A DNA stretch of 64,000 bases from Phoronis australis (Eukaryota > Animalia > Phoronida). The stretch lies in the NCBI GenBank assembly GCA_002633005.1, contig NMRA01000259.1:357840-421839 (forward strand), given 5' to 3'. Positions 63,939 through 64,000 of the stretch are shown here, one piece after another. The position numbers and the translations under genes were made by a program. Position 1 is the first letter of the stretch. Every line of letters starts with the position of its first letter. Under the pieces are notes generated by a model that worked only from the letters and a program-made list of their open reading frames with translations, did not search any database and had not been told where the DNA came from.

Positions 63939-64000
63939 AGGCTGCGATAGCTGAGTACAGCACTGCAAGAGAAAATTGGAGCCTTAGATTTTTTATATGT

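Overview
This is AT-rich, repeat-dense metazoan (probably invertebrate) genomic DNA, not prokaryotic; most ORFs in the six-frame track are spurious. All calls come from reading and hand-translating the sequence, with no database searches. Three genes can be supported. (1) A spliced SPDEF/PDEF (Ets4-type) ETS transcription factor on the minus strand has 5 coding exons at 41126-37289 (337 aa, PNT plus ETS domains). Its likely TATA+Inr promoter and 25-nt first exon lie about 13.4 kb upstream, at 54524-54577. (2) A small multi-exon minus-strand gene (24993 to about 22459) has a GC-AG intron, a 36-nt exon and an upstream RFX X-box-like site; it is possibly ciliary. (3) An intronless 404-aa plus-strand ORF (5805-7019) has hydrophobic N-terminal segments, 39-aa acidic amphipathic repeats and a basic/di-cysteine tail. 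The rest is mostly decayed transposons (L1/Tx1 and CR1/L2-type LINEs; hAT, pogo and unclassified transposase remnants), many TIR MITEs including a family with 5-bp TSDs and a young 9-bp-TSD element, microsatellites, and a 2.2-kb duplication that is probably an assembly artefact. I found no CRISPR array, rRNA or intact tRNA.
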